From the NCBI GenBank assembly GCA_963700595.1, contig CAVOYE010000016.1, forward strand, positions 2,732 through 66,731: a DNA stretch of 64,000 nt, written 5' to 3'. Under the pieces are notes generated by a model. It saw only the letters and a program-made list of their open reading frames with translations, had not been told where the DNA came from and did not search any database. The position numbers were made by a program, and so were the translations under genes. Source of the DNA: an uncultured Chloroflexia bacterium. GTDB lineage: Bacteria; Chloroflexota; Anaerolineae; B4-G1; SLSP01. Positions 52,691 through 62,534 of the stretch are shown here, piece after piece; positions within the stretch are counted from its first letter, which is position 1; the number at the start of each line of letters is the position of its first letter.

Positions 52691-53605
52691 TCAACCCACA
52701 CCCACAAGAATCAGACCAATGGAGATCACGGCGATACCGACGAGTTTGGGCCGGTAACTTGCCTCCTGATGCAACTTCAACCCCAGCACAGCCCCAATCG
52801 GGATACTTAACTGTCGGAATGCTGCCACATAACTCACGTTGCGGACATACGCCATTGATGCCAGCACCAGACCATATGTCGCCAGGATGATGACGCCGGT
52901 CAGCATACCAGAACGCAGAAGTTGGCGGTTGTGCACCAGGGCGGTAAACCGCTGCCGTTCAGTCTGGTTCATCAGCGTGGCAAGTCCCAGTGGAACGATA
53001 GTGCTGAGCGTCTCAAGCGCAATAAAAAGGAGTGTGATGCGCGTGTTACTCAGGGAGAGACCGGCGACTGCACGCAGTTGACGTAAAGCGGTATCGTCGA
53101 TCAAAGTGTAGGCTGTAGTACCGGCAGCAGCAACGACTGCCATCAGGTAGACGATGTCGGAGTAATCGCGCCACCTCAGGCGGTGGAAGTATGGCATCGG
53201 TAGAATGATGCAGCCAACACTGATAAGCAACATACCCAAAAGGCTGACGTGACCAATTTCTCCACCTGAATTCACCAACATACTGATCACAGCTACCGCC
53301 AGAACGGGCAAAGCCCGTGCCAACGGATACGCCAGTGACATGTCACCGTGCTGGTAAGCACCGGCAAGCCCAAAATAGTAAACAGTCTGTGCTCCACCGG
53401 TCATGACAATCAGTCCCCACACAAACGGTGGTACGAGCGGTAACGTATGCCAGTTGGCAATCAACAACGGCAAGACCACCAGCGCGGCACTAACGGTAGC
53501 AATAAAGTAAAACGCCAGCGTCGGGCTGCGCCGTTTGGAGACAGAATTCCACAATGCATGCATAAACGCTGACGTGATGATTAACAGGACGGATATCCAA
53601 CTCAT
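52691..53605 (-). CDS. EamA/DMT-family transporter
   Basis: 304 aa with about ten hydrophobic helices in a two-fold EamA-like arrangement. Confidence 0.75.
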   Translation of the reverse strand: MSWISVLLIITSAFMHALWNSVSKRRSPTLAFYFIATVSAALVVLPLLIANWHTLPLVPPFVWGLIVMTGGAQTVYYFGLAGAYQHGDMSLAYPLARALPVLAVAVISMLVNSGGEIGHVSLLGMLLISVGCIILPMPYFHRLRWRDYSDIVYLMAVVAAAGTTAYTLIDDTALRQLRAVAGLSLSNTRITLLFIALETLSTIVPLGLATLMNQTERQRFTALVHNRQLLRSGMLTGVIILATYGLVLASMAYVRNVSYVAAFRQLSIPIGAVLGLKLHQEASYRPKLVGIAVISIGLILVGVG

Positions 53606-54005
53606 AGGCTGCCAATTTTAGCACCAACTGGCTGAAAGAGAATCTCAATGCGGTACATTTGATTGGGTGATCCCAATGCTATGGTTTGGATGAAACACAA
53701 TAACCTTTATACACGCGCTTTCACGTATCCTGTCGCTCCCGCCAAGCCTATGAATTTTATTTTGCTCTCAGCAGGCCTACAGTCTTTTCTTAGTGGTGAT
53801 GACGATCCCGCGATATCAACCTATCGGTGAACGGGTGAAAGCAGTTTGTCGTGATGATATGGTGTGTGAATATGGGCGGTTTTATGTCTTGGATAATTCT
53901 GGGAGTTAAGTAATATCTATACGTACGAATCAAATACATAAGTGACAAAACACATGCCTGAAATCAAGAAAATAGGCACCGTATTGGTGCAATCCGGAGG
54001 GCGAT

Positions 54006-55697
54006 ATGAAGCAAAGTCATTTTGGATCCCTGGTGTCTGACGAATCCATTGGACGCCACACGTCCTGGAAGGCCGAGGAGACGTTCCTGACCAAACGACC
54101 GGACCTGGGCACGGCGTGGATTGTCGATCTCAAGGGAACGTCAACAGCTGAGAGGCTGTTTATGCGGACGCTACAGGGTACGATCAACCGCACTGAAGCG
54201 CGACTGTATCTCGTTAATTCAGACAATGCGCAATTTGTTGAAGCGGAGCGCTTCTGGATCGAAGAATACGAGAGTCGGGGATGGATCAACGTCGGGGGGT
54301 ACCTGAGCTTTACCGAGGCTGTGGAAAAGTACGGTTCTGAGGTCACCGGTTTTGTGGTGGCGACCGAGGCAGAACCGTGGACCATCCATGCTGCAACCGT
54401 CGTCGCGACGCTGCAGAACGGTGTGGTAGCTCCGGATTCTGTGGCAGAAGGACTTCGAGACGCCGGCTGGCGGGAACTGGACGACGTTCGTGGTCAGTGG
54501 CCGGATGCTGTCACTGCTTACCAGGCAACCATGGAGAAGTACAGAACCGATCTTGCCTATCCTGGACTTGCACTTCTGAGACACACCGAGAATCTCTGGG
54601 ACTTCATTGTGCAGCAGGAGATTATGCCCGTCTTTACAAGGCCAAAACATGACACCTGGGATGGTGTGGCTGCAATTATGGATTCCTACCCTGGTGGGCA
54701 TGTTCTTTATGGTTACGTGTCCGACGATACTGTAGAAGAAGAGATAGCGGTAGAGAGAGCTTCCGCCTCAGGCAAATATCTCGTGCCCACCAGCCAGGTC
54801 AGTAACCTGTCGTTCCACGTCGCAGTTCTGGGAAAGTCACCACTCATGCCGCTTGCCGAAAAACGCGAGGAAGCTCTTCCGCAATGCGACGCATCACTGG
54901 TCAACGTGGCCATCGCTATTACAGACGGGGACAACTTACAGGTTCCGATCCTTCAATACCCTCAATCGACGTACTGGAACACCGAAGAGCGCGGTGCACT
55001 CCCCCTTGGCTGGAGTATGGGGGTGAGTTTATCTGTTTTGGCACCGGGAATCTGGGAGTTCTATCGCAGCACGATCAGACCAAACGACGAGATCGTATCC
55101 TTGATGGGTATCGCCTACGTGCATGCATCCACACTCCCTGAGTCGGAAAAATACTACCGGGATACATTTTCCGCGATGGGGGATGCTGGCGTCCATACGC
55201 TTTGGTCCCTGGACAGCTCTTTGACCATCACCGACGAGCCGTTGTGGCAAGTCCTGGAAGGCGCACCCGGCAGGGAAGCCCTACACGGTGTCCTGGTCGG
55301 CTATGGTCCCAGTGTTGACAAGGCGTTCCGCAGAGATACCGGTACACCTGTGCTGATCACCCAGAATGGCTATTCGGAAGATGCTGCCCGTATCAAGGAG
55401 CGTATCGAAGCGATTATGGCGCTGGACCCGTCCGAGCGTGCTCCGGTGAACTTTCTTATGGCTACAAACTGGAATAGCTCTGCCAGAGACTTGTATGAAA
55501 CACTGGGACCTCTGGCTGATAAGGGCGTGCGCTTCCTCACCCCATCGCAGGCCCTGGCATGTATGCCGGATATCAAGGGCATAGCGAAATCAGCAGTTGA
55601 CGCAGAAGCGTCTCCAGGTGCGTGCCTGCCCGTCCGGGCCTCTCGAACAATTTGGCTCGCCGATACTCAGTGCTCCCACACTTGCCGAAATCAGTAA
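54006..55697 (+). CDS. GxGYxYP-like putative glycoside hydrolase family protein (tentative)
   Basis: 563 aa. The N-terminal segment RTLQGTINRTEARLYLV resembles that family. The 3' end may be disturbed by frame breaks (see findings). Confidence 0.45.
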   Translation: MKQSHFGSLVSDESIGRHTSWKAEETFLTKRPDLGTAWIVDLKGTSTAERLFMRTLQGTINRTEARLYLVNSDNAQFVEAERFWIEEYESRGWINVGGYLSFTEAVEKYGSEVTGFVVATEAEPWTIHAATVVATLQNGVVAPDSVAEGLRDAGWRELDDVRGQWPDAVTAYQATMEKYRTDLAYPGLALLRHTENLWDFIVQQEIMPVFTRPKHDTWDGVAAIMDSYPGGHVLYGYVSDDTVEEEIAVERASASGKYLVPTSQVSNLSFHVAVLGKSPLMPLAEKREEALPQCDASLVNVAIAITDGDNLQVPILQYPQSTYWNTEERGALPLGWSMGVSLSVLAPGIWEFYRSTIRPNDEIVSLMGIAYVHASTLPESEKYYRDTFSAMGDAGVHTLWSLDSSLTITDEPLWQVLEGAPGREALHGVLVGYGPSVDKAFRRDTGTPVLITQNGYSEDAARIKERIEAIMALDPSERAPVNFLMATNWNSSARDLYETLGPLADKGVRFLTPSQALACMPDIKGIAKSAVDAEASPGACLPVRASRTIWLADTQCSHTCRNQ

Positions 55698-55796
55698 GCC
55701 CATCCCGATTCCCATTTCAGTTGCGATCGAGGCGACGAAAGCGATTCACTCCCGGGGGAACCATCGACTACACCGCAGTTCTCAAGATTGACGTGA

Positions 55797-56291
55797 ATGG
55801 CATTGCCCGTGACTTTCTCGCAGAACCGTGTACTTCCTGTAGTTGAAGGCTATGGACTGAGCCAGGAGTTCGCCGAGTACGCCTGGATGAAATTGGTCGC
55901 AACTAACATTTGCGTGGATTTGCCATTACCCCTAGCCACACGTGGTGTCGAAGTTCTCAACTCGGAGTTTAGCGGAATCCAGGCTGCATCGGAGTTCGAC
56001 GACAATTCACTTCGCATTACCCTTGACACCTTTGCGTCTGACTCTCGCGCAGAAAGCCCGTCAGCGGAAGTGTCAGTAAGCTTCACTGCAACGCACGATG
56101 ACAGTGATTCATCGGCTAAGCTTGAAATGGCATCCGAGTCAGTTACACTTGATTTTGTGTTGACCGTGGGAATAGGTGATGAAGACGGACCTCTCGTCGG
56201 TGGCATCAGCGGATCGATGGTATGTTGCGGAGCGAAAAACCTGGCTGCAACCGCTGTGAAACAAGAACCAGGGAAGACGGTCAACACATAG
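55797..56291 (+). CDS. hypothetical protein, or displaced C-terminal part of the preceding gene
   Basis: 164-aa acidic, beta-rich ORF. Short open stretches in the other two frames bridge it to 54006-55697. Confidence 0.35.
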   Translation: MALPVTFSQNRVLPVVEGYGLSQEFAEYAWMKLVATNICVDLPLPLATRGVEVLNSEFSGIQAASEFDDNSLRITLDTFASDSRAESPSAEVSVSFTATHDDSDSSAKLEMASESVTLDFVLTVGIGDEDGPLVGGISGSMVCCGAKNLAATAVKQEPGKTVNT

Positions 56292-56544
56292 CTGTAAATA
56301 GCACGGTGACTGACAACTGCGTTGACGAAGGCTGTACATGTATGGCCAACCTAGAACTTGCTACCTTGATCAGCGTCACCGTCAGTAGCCACCAGGCGCA
56401 TGCTTTGGGGAACAGCGTGGGTAGATTGGGGAATGATCAGCTATAGTCACCGGCTCAACTGAATTCTGTCTGATTCAGTTGAATTATCCGTTATTCACAG
56501 CAGATGCACCCCTTACCACATTTTTCCGCTGCATAATCCGTTAC

Positions 56545-57822
56545 TCAGTGGGTATTATTGCTACTGTTCACGCGGATTGCCGCTACACGGGCGAATAGCG
56601 GCGGGTGAGAATAGCGAAAAACAACAACAAGCGGGTGCGGAAAGAGATTGGAAAGGTTCTTTTCGCTCAATTTAACCAATCCATCTTCCAGCGCCTTGGG
56701 GTGTTTATAAAGCGAAAGCGCGTAGGCATCGGCTTCATACTCGTTGCGACGGGAAAACCAGTTGGCGATGGGAGAAAAGATCAATCCTAGCGGTGAAAGC
56801 AGCAAACCCACCATAAACAAGCCCACCGCCGCCACCGGACCAACCACGCCAGTTTGAACATACAAGTCGTACACCCCAACGCTTTCATAGAGCCAGGGTA
56901 TGTTCAGTAGCGCGGCGACAAGGGCCATCGCCACCACCGAAATCAAAACGCTTGCGACCAGCATCTTGAGTACGTGCCGCTTTTTCCAATGTCCAATTTC
57001 GTGAGCGAGTACAGCTAACAGTTCCTCGTGGGTGTGTTGTGCAATCAAAGTGTCGAACAGGGCGATTCGCCGTGTTTTGCCGATGCCGGTAAAGTAAGCA
57101 TTGGAATGTGTGCTGCGTAGTGAAGCATCGATTTGATACACACCGCTTAATGGAAACGCCGCCCGACGTGCCAGCTCCAGGATTTTGTCACCAAGTTCCT
57201 CATCTTGCAAAGGTTCGAATTTGTTGAACAGAGGCAAGATCAACACCGGAGCGATGTACATCATTAACAACTGAAACAGGCTGAAAAAGAACCAGGCTGG
57301 TAGCCACCACCACGGTCCCAGCCATTCGATCAGCCACAACAGCGCGCCAATCAACGCACCACTCAAAGTGATCGATATCAGCAGCGACTTTACCTGATCC
57401 AGCAGCCAGGTTTTCATAGTGATTGTACTGAACCCAAACTGCTTTTCCACACCAAAACTGGAAGCCAGATCAAAGGGCACGCCGGTCAGATACGAAATCA
57501 AGCCCAAAATAAACAGCCAAAGCAAACCCTGCCACACCGGCGAGACAGCCAGCGATACCGCCCAGTGGGTCAAGGCGGGAAGCAGGCCGGAGAACAAGAT
57601 AATCAATGACACGCAAAGACCCACCAACCCCGAAATGTTCTCCAGGCGCGTCTGTGCTGCTGCATAAGCCACCATCTTGGGAAATTGCGAAAGATCCAAA
57701 CGCTCCATCCACGTGTTAACTGGTGGGTTGGCTGCGTGTCGGCGCAGATTGGCTATATTGAGCATAGACAGCATCGTGGAGATGCTATATTGAAGTAGTA
57801 ACAAAACCGCAAATACCCACAT
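56545..57822 (-). CDS. M48-family zinc metalloprotease (Ste24/CAAX protease-like)
   Basis: HEIGHWKKRH (HExxH) plus multiple TM helices. ATG at 57822 chosen (MWVFAVLLLL..). Confidence 0.85.
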   Translation of the reverse strand: MWVFAVLLLLQYSISTMLSMLNIANLRRHAANPPVNTWMERLDLSQFPKMVAYAAAQTRLENISGLVGLCVSLIILFSGLLPALTHWAVSLAVSPVWQGLLWLFILGLISYLTGVPFDLASSFGVEKQFGFSTITMKTWLLDQVKSLLISITLSGALIGALLWLIEWLGPWWWLPAWFFFSLFQLLMMYIAPVLILPLFNKFEPLQDEELGDKILELARRAAFPLSGVYQIDASLRSTHSNAYFTGIGKTRRIALFDTLIAQHTHEELLAVLAHEIGHWKKRHVLKMLVASVLISVVAMALVAALLNIPWLYESVGVYDLYVQTGVVGPVAAVGLFMVGLLLSPLGLIFSPIANWFSRRNEYEADAYALSLYKHPKALEDGLVKLSEKNLSNLFPHPLVVVFRYSHPPLFARVAAIRVNSSNNTH

Positions 57823-58344
57823 TGTTTTCTTTCCTTTTGCGTTTCGTAGATTGGCGATCTCGACGAACTTGATCATATTATACATTAGGAAATACTGAGA
57901 CTCGAGCAAAAACAATGCATCAACGAAAAATATAATCGAGACAGCGACAGGGGAGATTTGATCTATTTGTCAATAGCTATATGCAGTCAAACTGATCTTC
58001 CCCCGAAAAAATGGACAATAGAATAAGAGAAAATCCAGTTCACTCTAACTGGAGAGACGAATTTGAGCAAGAAGCGACGCTACTTATTCGGTGATTATGT
58101 TAGTCCTGTTGACTTTGGTTGGCCTAGCCGTTGAAATCTTCGTTATCTTGCTGTCCATAAAAACGGGGTAATCTCAGTTTTGCATGCGACCCATATAGCG
58201 ATATAGAGCACTGTACAGAATGCGGCGCTGCTTTTCGCTGCCACCTTCGACACGGATTTGGGCGAGAGCATCTTCCCTCTCCTGCCGCGCTTCATTGATC
58301 AGATGAGCAAAGGGACGGTTACTAATTCGTCATTCTATGCCTCC

Positions 58345-59511
58345 TCACGCATCCCGGAACAGTAACTGCAAGAAGTCATACAGATAATGCCGCCAGTTGA
58401 TCCAGGTGTGTCCACCTGCACTTTCGTGGAATTCGTGCCGGATGCCACGCCGGTTGAAGGCTGCTGAAAGCTTTCGGGCTTGATCCCCAATGATCTGATC
58501 ATTATCTCCCGCAGCAATCCAGAACAACTTTACCTTATCGTTACTCTGGTCAGGATTGGCAAAGAAACAGGCGTTTCTTTCATCAAAATCAGCCTGGACA
58601 CTGGCAAACCCAACGCTGAATACGCCGAAATAGGCAAACTTATCCAGGTTCGATGGGCCGATTCTCAATGTTTCAGCAGCGCCCATGGATAAACCGGCGA
58701 GGGCGCGATGATCACGGTCAGTCTTGACGCGGTAGGTCCTTTCCACCGTCGGGATGATCGTGGATAGCAAATCCTTGGCGAATGTGTCATGCGATTTGAT
58801 AATTGTCTTGATACGCACCGCGACAGCGTCAGGTGAGGTCCAGTCAATACTGGATCCCTGTAAATTGTGTCCGGGAACTTCGATTCTGCCATTCGGCATG
58901 ACAATCAGCATGGGCTCAACCTTATCAACCGCCAACAGATTGTCCATAATAAAACCCGCGCGCCCGATGGTACTCCAGGCTGCGTCATCTTCACCACCAC
59001 CGTGAATGAGGTACAGTACGGGATAATTTTCATTGCTGAAGTCGTATCCCGGCGGCGTATAGATGTGCATCCTTCGCACACTATTCGTAACGAGCGAGTC
59101 ATACCAAGCAATTCGCACATCCCCGTGCGGGACAGATTGCGCATCTGCAAACGCCATTTCTTCACCTGGCACCATGAAGATATTTTCGAGCTTTGAAGAA
59201 CTTTGTTTAATCGTAGGATTTCCGGGATCAATCGTTGGCACACCGTCTACGGTAAGAAGATAAGTGTAGAAATCCGGGACGAGTGGACCTACTGTAATAA
59301 ACCACATCCCCTCTCTATCCTTTTGGAGAGCGCCGTCAGTCCCATATCCATGCGATACCCAGTCCCCTGTAACGGTAACCTCAGTCGCTTTAGGGGCATC
59401 GATACGAAAAGTGACCCGGTTATCAGGTAAGACTTGCGGAGATTTGAACTCATCAGAGCGTGCAGGTGACTGGGTGGCTGTCGCCACGTGGGGCATGTTT
59501 TCATCAGGCAT
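58345..59511 (-). CDS. esterase (putative-esterase/CE1-like alpha/beta hydrolase) with N-terminal Ig-like/CBM48-type domain
   Basis: N-terminal VTFRIDAPKATEVTVTGDW beta-sandwich. Catalytic region LIHGGGEDDAAW and GLSMGA (GxSxG). Confidence 0.75.
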   Translation of the reverse strand: MPDENMPHVATATQSPARSDEFKSPQVLPDNRVTFRIDAPKATEVTVTGDWVSHGYGTDGALQKDREGMWFITVGPLVPDFYTYLLTVDGVPTIDPGNPTIKQSSSKLENIFMVPGEEMAFADAQSVPHGDVRIAWYDSLVTNSVRRMHIYTPPGYDFSNENYPVLYLIHGGGEDDAAWSTIGRAGFIMDNLLAVDKVEPMLIVMPNGRIEVPGHNLQGSSIDWTSPDAVAVRIKTIIKSHDTFAKDLLSTIIPTVERTYRVKTDRDHRALAGLSMGAAETLRIGPSNLDKFAYFGVFSVGFASVQADFDERNACFFANPDQSNDKVKLFWIAAGDNDQIIGDQARKLSAAFNRRGIRHEFHESAGGHTWINWRHYLYDFLQLLFRDA

Positions 59512-59522
59512 TATCCGAACTC

Positions 59523-60368
59523 CTATTTTGTAAGTTCGTGAATCAATTCAGGATCGTATCCCAGTTTGTTTCTGCCTTTGAGTACCATGATTTGATCCGG
59601 ACGACCAGGTCCCCACGGGCTGGGCACTATAACAGGGCTGTAAGTCCCGTTGAGAAGCTGGTAGCAAAGATCGATCGCATCAGGCAGGCAATCGTCCCCC
59701 AGAGGTGCTCCCAACGGGCGATAATCATGATGCCCATTGTAGATGCCGTCATAGCGGTCTCCCATATCCCGCATCCGCTCCAGATATTTCACGGCGACTT
59801 CTATGCTCATACGGCGAATTCCCAGGTTGTAATTCAATGCATCACCGCAGAACAGGGAGCGGGTGTTTTCGTCGAGGAAAATCATCTCGCCCGGGGAGTG
59901 ACCAAAACACTCGTACGCAGTCACAATACGACCACCAAGATCAAATTGCTGACCATCGACCAAATGGTGGATGACGGGCATGGGTTCGTCAGGACCGGGT
60001 TCCCGCAAATCAACCATCAGGTCATAGGGATATATGCCTTTCTCGCGCAGGGCGATACGTCTAGTGTCATCCCGGCGGCGCTCAAGATCCTGCGGTATTG
60101 GATGATCTGCGTCGTTTGGGTGTATCCAGATTTCTTCGAACTGCCTTGCGTTACCCGTGTGGTCAACATGGCCATGTGAGATGACCACAACCAGCGGTTT
60201 GTCAGTTATCTTTCTGACTGCGCTCTTGAGATCGCCGATACCCATGCCGCAGTCAATCACCATAGCTTTTTCCTGACCAACCAGCACAAAAATACTGGCG
60301 CAGTCAAACTCGTCAATTTCCCAGGTATCTTTTTTAAACTGCACCATTGGATACAAATCTGTCAACAT
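59523..60368 (-). CDS. MBL-fold metallo-hydrolase
   Basis: SHGHVDHTGN (HxHxDH). Confidence 0.85.
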   Translation of the reverse strand: MLTDLYPMVQFKKDTWEIDEFDCASIFVLVGQEKAMVIDCGMGIGDLKSAVRKITDKPLVVVISHGHVDHTGNARQFEEIWIHPNDADHPIPQDLERRRDDTRRIALREKGIYPYDLMVDLREPGPDEPMPVIHHLVDGQQFDLGGRIVTAYECFGHSPGEMIFLDENTRSLFCGDALNYNLGIRRMSIEVAVKYLERMRDMGDRYDGIYNGHHDYRPLGAPLGDDCLPDAIDLCYQLLNGTYSPVIVPSPWGPGRPDQIMVLKGRNKLGYDPELIHELTK

Positions 60369-60544
60369 TTTGAAGTCTCCTAAATATCTCGAACTGTAAA
60401 TATTTCATAAACAGGTGAAAATTCATATACTTTTCTTGCACTTACAGTTTAATCCATCTCGCGAACCTTGGGAAGCGACAGCCAGAATACGGGTGCGCGT
60501 CACATTTTTGCACAAACCAAATCAGACCAGGAATGAACACCTTC

Positions 60545-60800
60545 CATCAAAAAAATGCGGCGCGGAATGCCTGCTTTTTGCATCCCAAGTTGTCTCCCGC
60601 GCCGCATTTTTAAAAGAGGGATTTGGCGGTTGGCAGCCAACCGCCAAATCCCAATAATTCTGTGGCGGGGTGGGAATCTACCATGCATTCACAAGCGACC
60701 TGTTCCACCCCGCCACAGAATCCTGCTACGGGCAATCCATTTATGTGATGGTAAATTGCAGTGTTTCCACACTGCTTAGCGTTGCGGAAAAGTGACGCAT
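60545..60800 (-). repeat. structured non-coding repeat, copy Y (candidate small RNA or cis-regulatory element)
   Basis: Three long hairpins. First: 60657-60673 pairs with 60705-60721, 31-nt loop. Second: 60618-60633 pairs with 60637-60652, 3-nt loop. Third: 60551-60565 pairs with 60597-60611, 31-nt loop, followed by a U7 run on the minus strand. Read on the minus strand it is collinear with copy X. Confidence 0.6.
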
Positions 60801-61113
60801 CCCCCCAGAATACGATAAAGATCGCAGCCATCAACGTCCCTTGCAGCATCAACGTCACAGGAACCCCCCATGCATCAGCCATAGCACCTGCCGGTATAGT
60901 GCCCAAAGGCATGAAGCCAATCGTCATCAAATACATAGCCATCATACGCCCGCGATAGGCATTTTCGGTATTCATCTGTACCAGGGTTTGGCTGGAGATA
61001 ATAATGCCACGCCGGGCTGCACCCACCATTAGCAAGCACAGGAAAGCCAGCACAAAATCGCGAGAATTGGAAAAGCCAACCAGGGAAAGGCTCATTACGA
61101 ATCCACTGACCAA
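60780..61113 (-). pseudogene. 5'-truncated MFS transporter remnant
   Basis: Encodes only the last approx 110 aa (about four TM helices) of an MFS protein and parallels the C-terminus of the adjacent full-length MFS gene. The listed ORF runs on into the hairpin element because no stop intervenes. Confidence 0.5.
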
Positions 61114-61143
61114 CAGAACCTTACCCTAACAACCTGATTGGAG

Positions 61144-62520
61144 TTATGAACTTGCACCGGAAACTGATGGCTCCAATACAGATTCCTGGATGGTTTCACC
61201 AGAAGCAGCATCACTCTCTTGCAAAGCCTTGCTCAGGCGATACTCACGGATGGTAGGTGATACAAAAAAAGCGATCATAGCGATTGCACCAGCCAGCCCG
61301 GCAAAAATGATCGTCATCGTACGCGGACCGAACAAATCTGCGCCAATGCCAGCGATAAACGCCCCCACCGGCATCAACCCGGACCTTAGACTTATGATAC
61401 CCGTCACCCGACCGCGCAACGCGTCGGGAATTGATAGCTGCAGCAGCGTCTGATTGGTCGTCAGAAAGATCATTTCGAAAAACCCCGCCAGTGCCAGGCA
61501 CCCGAGCGCCATCCACAGTTCTGTGCTCAACGCAAAAGCGATCAACGAGAGGCTGAGTAACAACAAGGATAACAGTTGAAGCAACCCCCGGCGGTCCAGT
61601 TTGCCGAGAGAGGCGGAAACAAAACCTCCGACAATGCCTCCAATGCCTATCGCGGAAAGGAGCGCGCCCAGGGTATCCGGACCTCCGGAAAAGATGTCCT
61701 TGGCATAGATTGGCGTCAGTGCATTGAAATTGGGAATGATGAGAAGGGGCAGCAGCCAGTTCATCAACATGAATGCCAGGGTTGCAGGTTGTGAGACAAC
61801 ATACTGCCATCCTTCTTTGAAACTGCCCCGTGTCCTGACTTTCGTTGCACCATGTTGCTCTTCCGGTAATTTGAGCTTGACGACGGTCAGGATAACGAGT
61901 GCATAGGCAACGGCTTGCACGAAAAAATTTCCGGCAGGACCTAACCATAGAATCAGAAAACCACCGATTGCCGGTCCCAAAGAACGCATAACTGCCCAAC
62001 CAGTTTGCACAAGCGCTACAGCGCTGGGCGATTGCGAGCGCGGTACAATTGAAAATACGACCGTTTGACGCAGTGGTATGCTGACAGCTTGAGCAATACC
62101 CCCCAGAAGGCTGAAAAGCAACAGAGGCCAAACGACGTTGGGATTCCCCAGCAGGATGAAGCCGAAGCCAAAACTGATGGCGAACAGCCAGAGGCTGGTG
62201 GCATAGAGCAATCCGCGCCGGGGCAAGCGGTCGATAGCCACACCCGCGATGGGCGTCAAACCCACCGTGGCAATAGAACGCACCAGATTGAGCGTTCCCA
62301 ACATAGCACCAGAGGAGGTCATATCGTAAACCAGCCAGCTCAGGGTAACTTGCTGAATCCACTGCGCAGCATTTGAGAACGTTGTACCGGTAAGAAACCA
62401 TGCAAAACTGGGCACTCGGAGCACGGCAAACGCACCATTTTGTTCTGCTGATTCAGGATTGGCTTTTCTTCCGGTGCGTAAATCAGATGTCCTGGTCTTA
62501 TCTTCATTTATGGTTTCCAT
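61144..62520 (-). CDS. MFS transporter
   Basis: About 12 TM helices with an MFS loop motif (DRLPRRGLL). ATG at 62520 avoids overlap with the upstream gene. Confidence 0.85.
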   Translation of the reverse strand: METINEDKTRTSDLRTGRKANPESAEQNGAFAVLRVPSFAWFLTGTTFSNAAQWIQQVTLSWLVYDMTSSGAMLGTLNLVRSIATVGLTPIAGVAIDRLPRRGLLYATSLWLFAISFGFGFILLGNPNVVWPLLLFSLLGGIAQAVSIPLRQTVVFSIVPRSQSPSAVALVQTGWAVMRSLGPAIGGFLILWLGPAGNFFVQAVAYALVILTVVKLKLPEEQHGATKVRTRGSFKEGWQYVVSQPATLAFMLMNWLLPLLIIPNFNALTPIYAKDIFSGGPDTLGALLSAIGIGGIVGGFVSASLGKLDRRGLLQLLSLLLLSLSLIAFALSTELWMALGCLALAGFFEMIFLTTNQTLLQLSIPDALRGRVTGIISLRSGLMPVGAFIAGIGADLFGPRTMTIIFAGLAGAIAMIAFFVSPTIREYRLSKALQESDAASGETIQESVLEPSVSGASS

Positions 62521-62534
62521 AGCAGAGTATTGGG

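Noticed and set aside
58170-58330. Minus-strand open stretch RISNRPFAHLINEARQEREDALAQIRVEGGSEKQRRILYSALYRYMGRMQN* that looks like the C-terminus of a real protein.
   Set aside because: It has no start codon, is only about 50 codons long and begins right after an in-frame stop. It is probably a gene remnant, and I cannot name the family with confidence.
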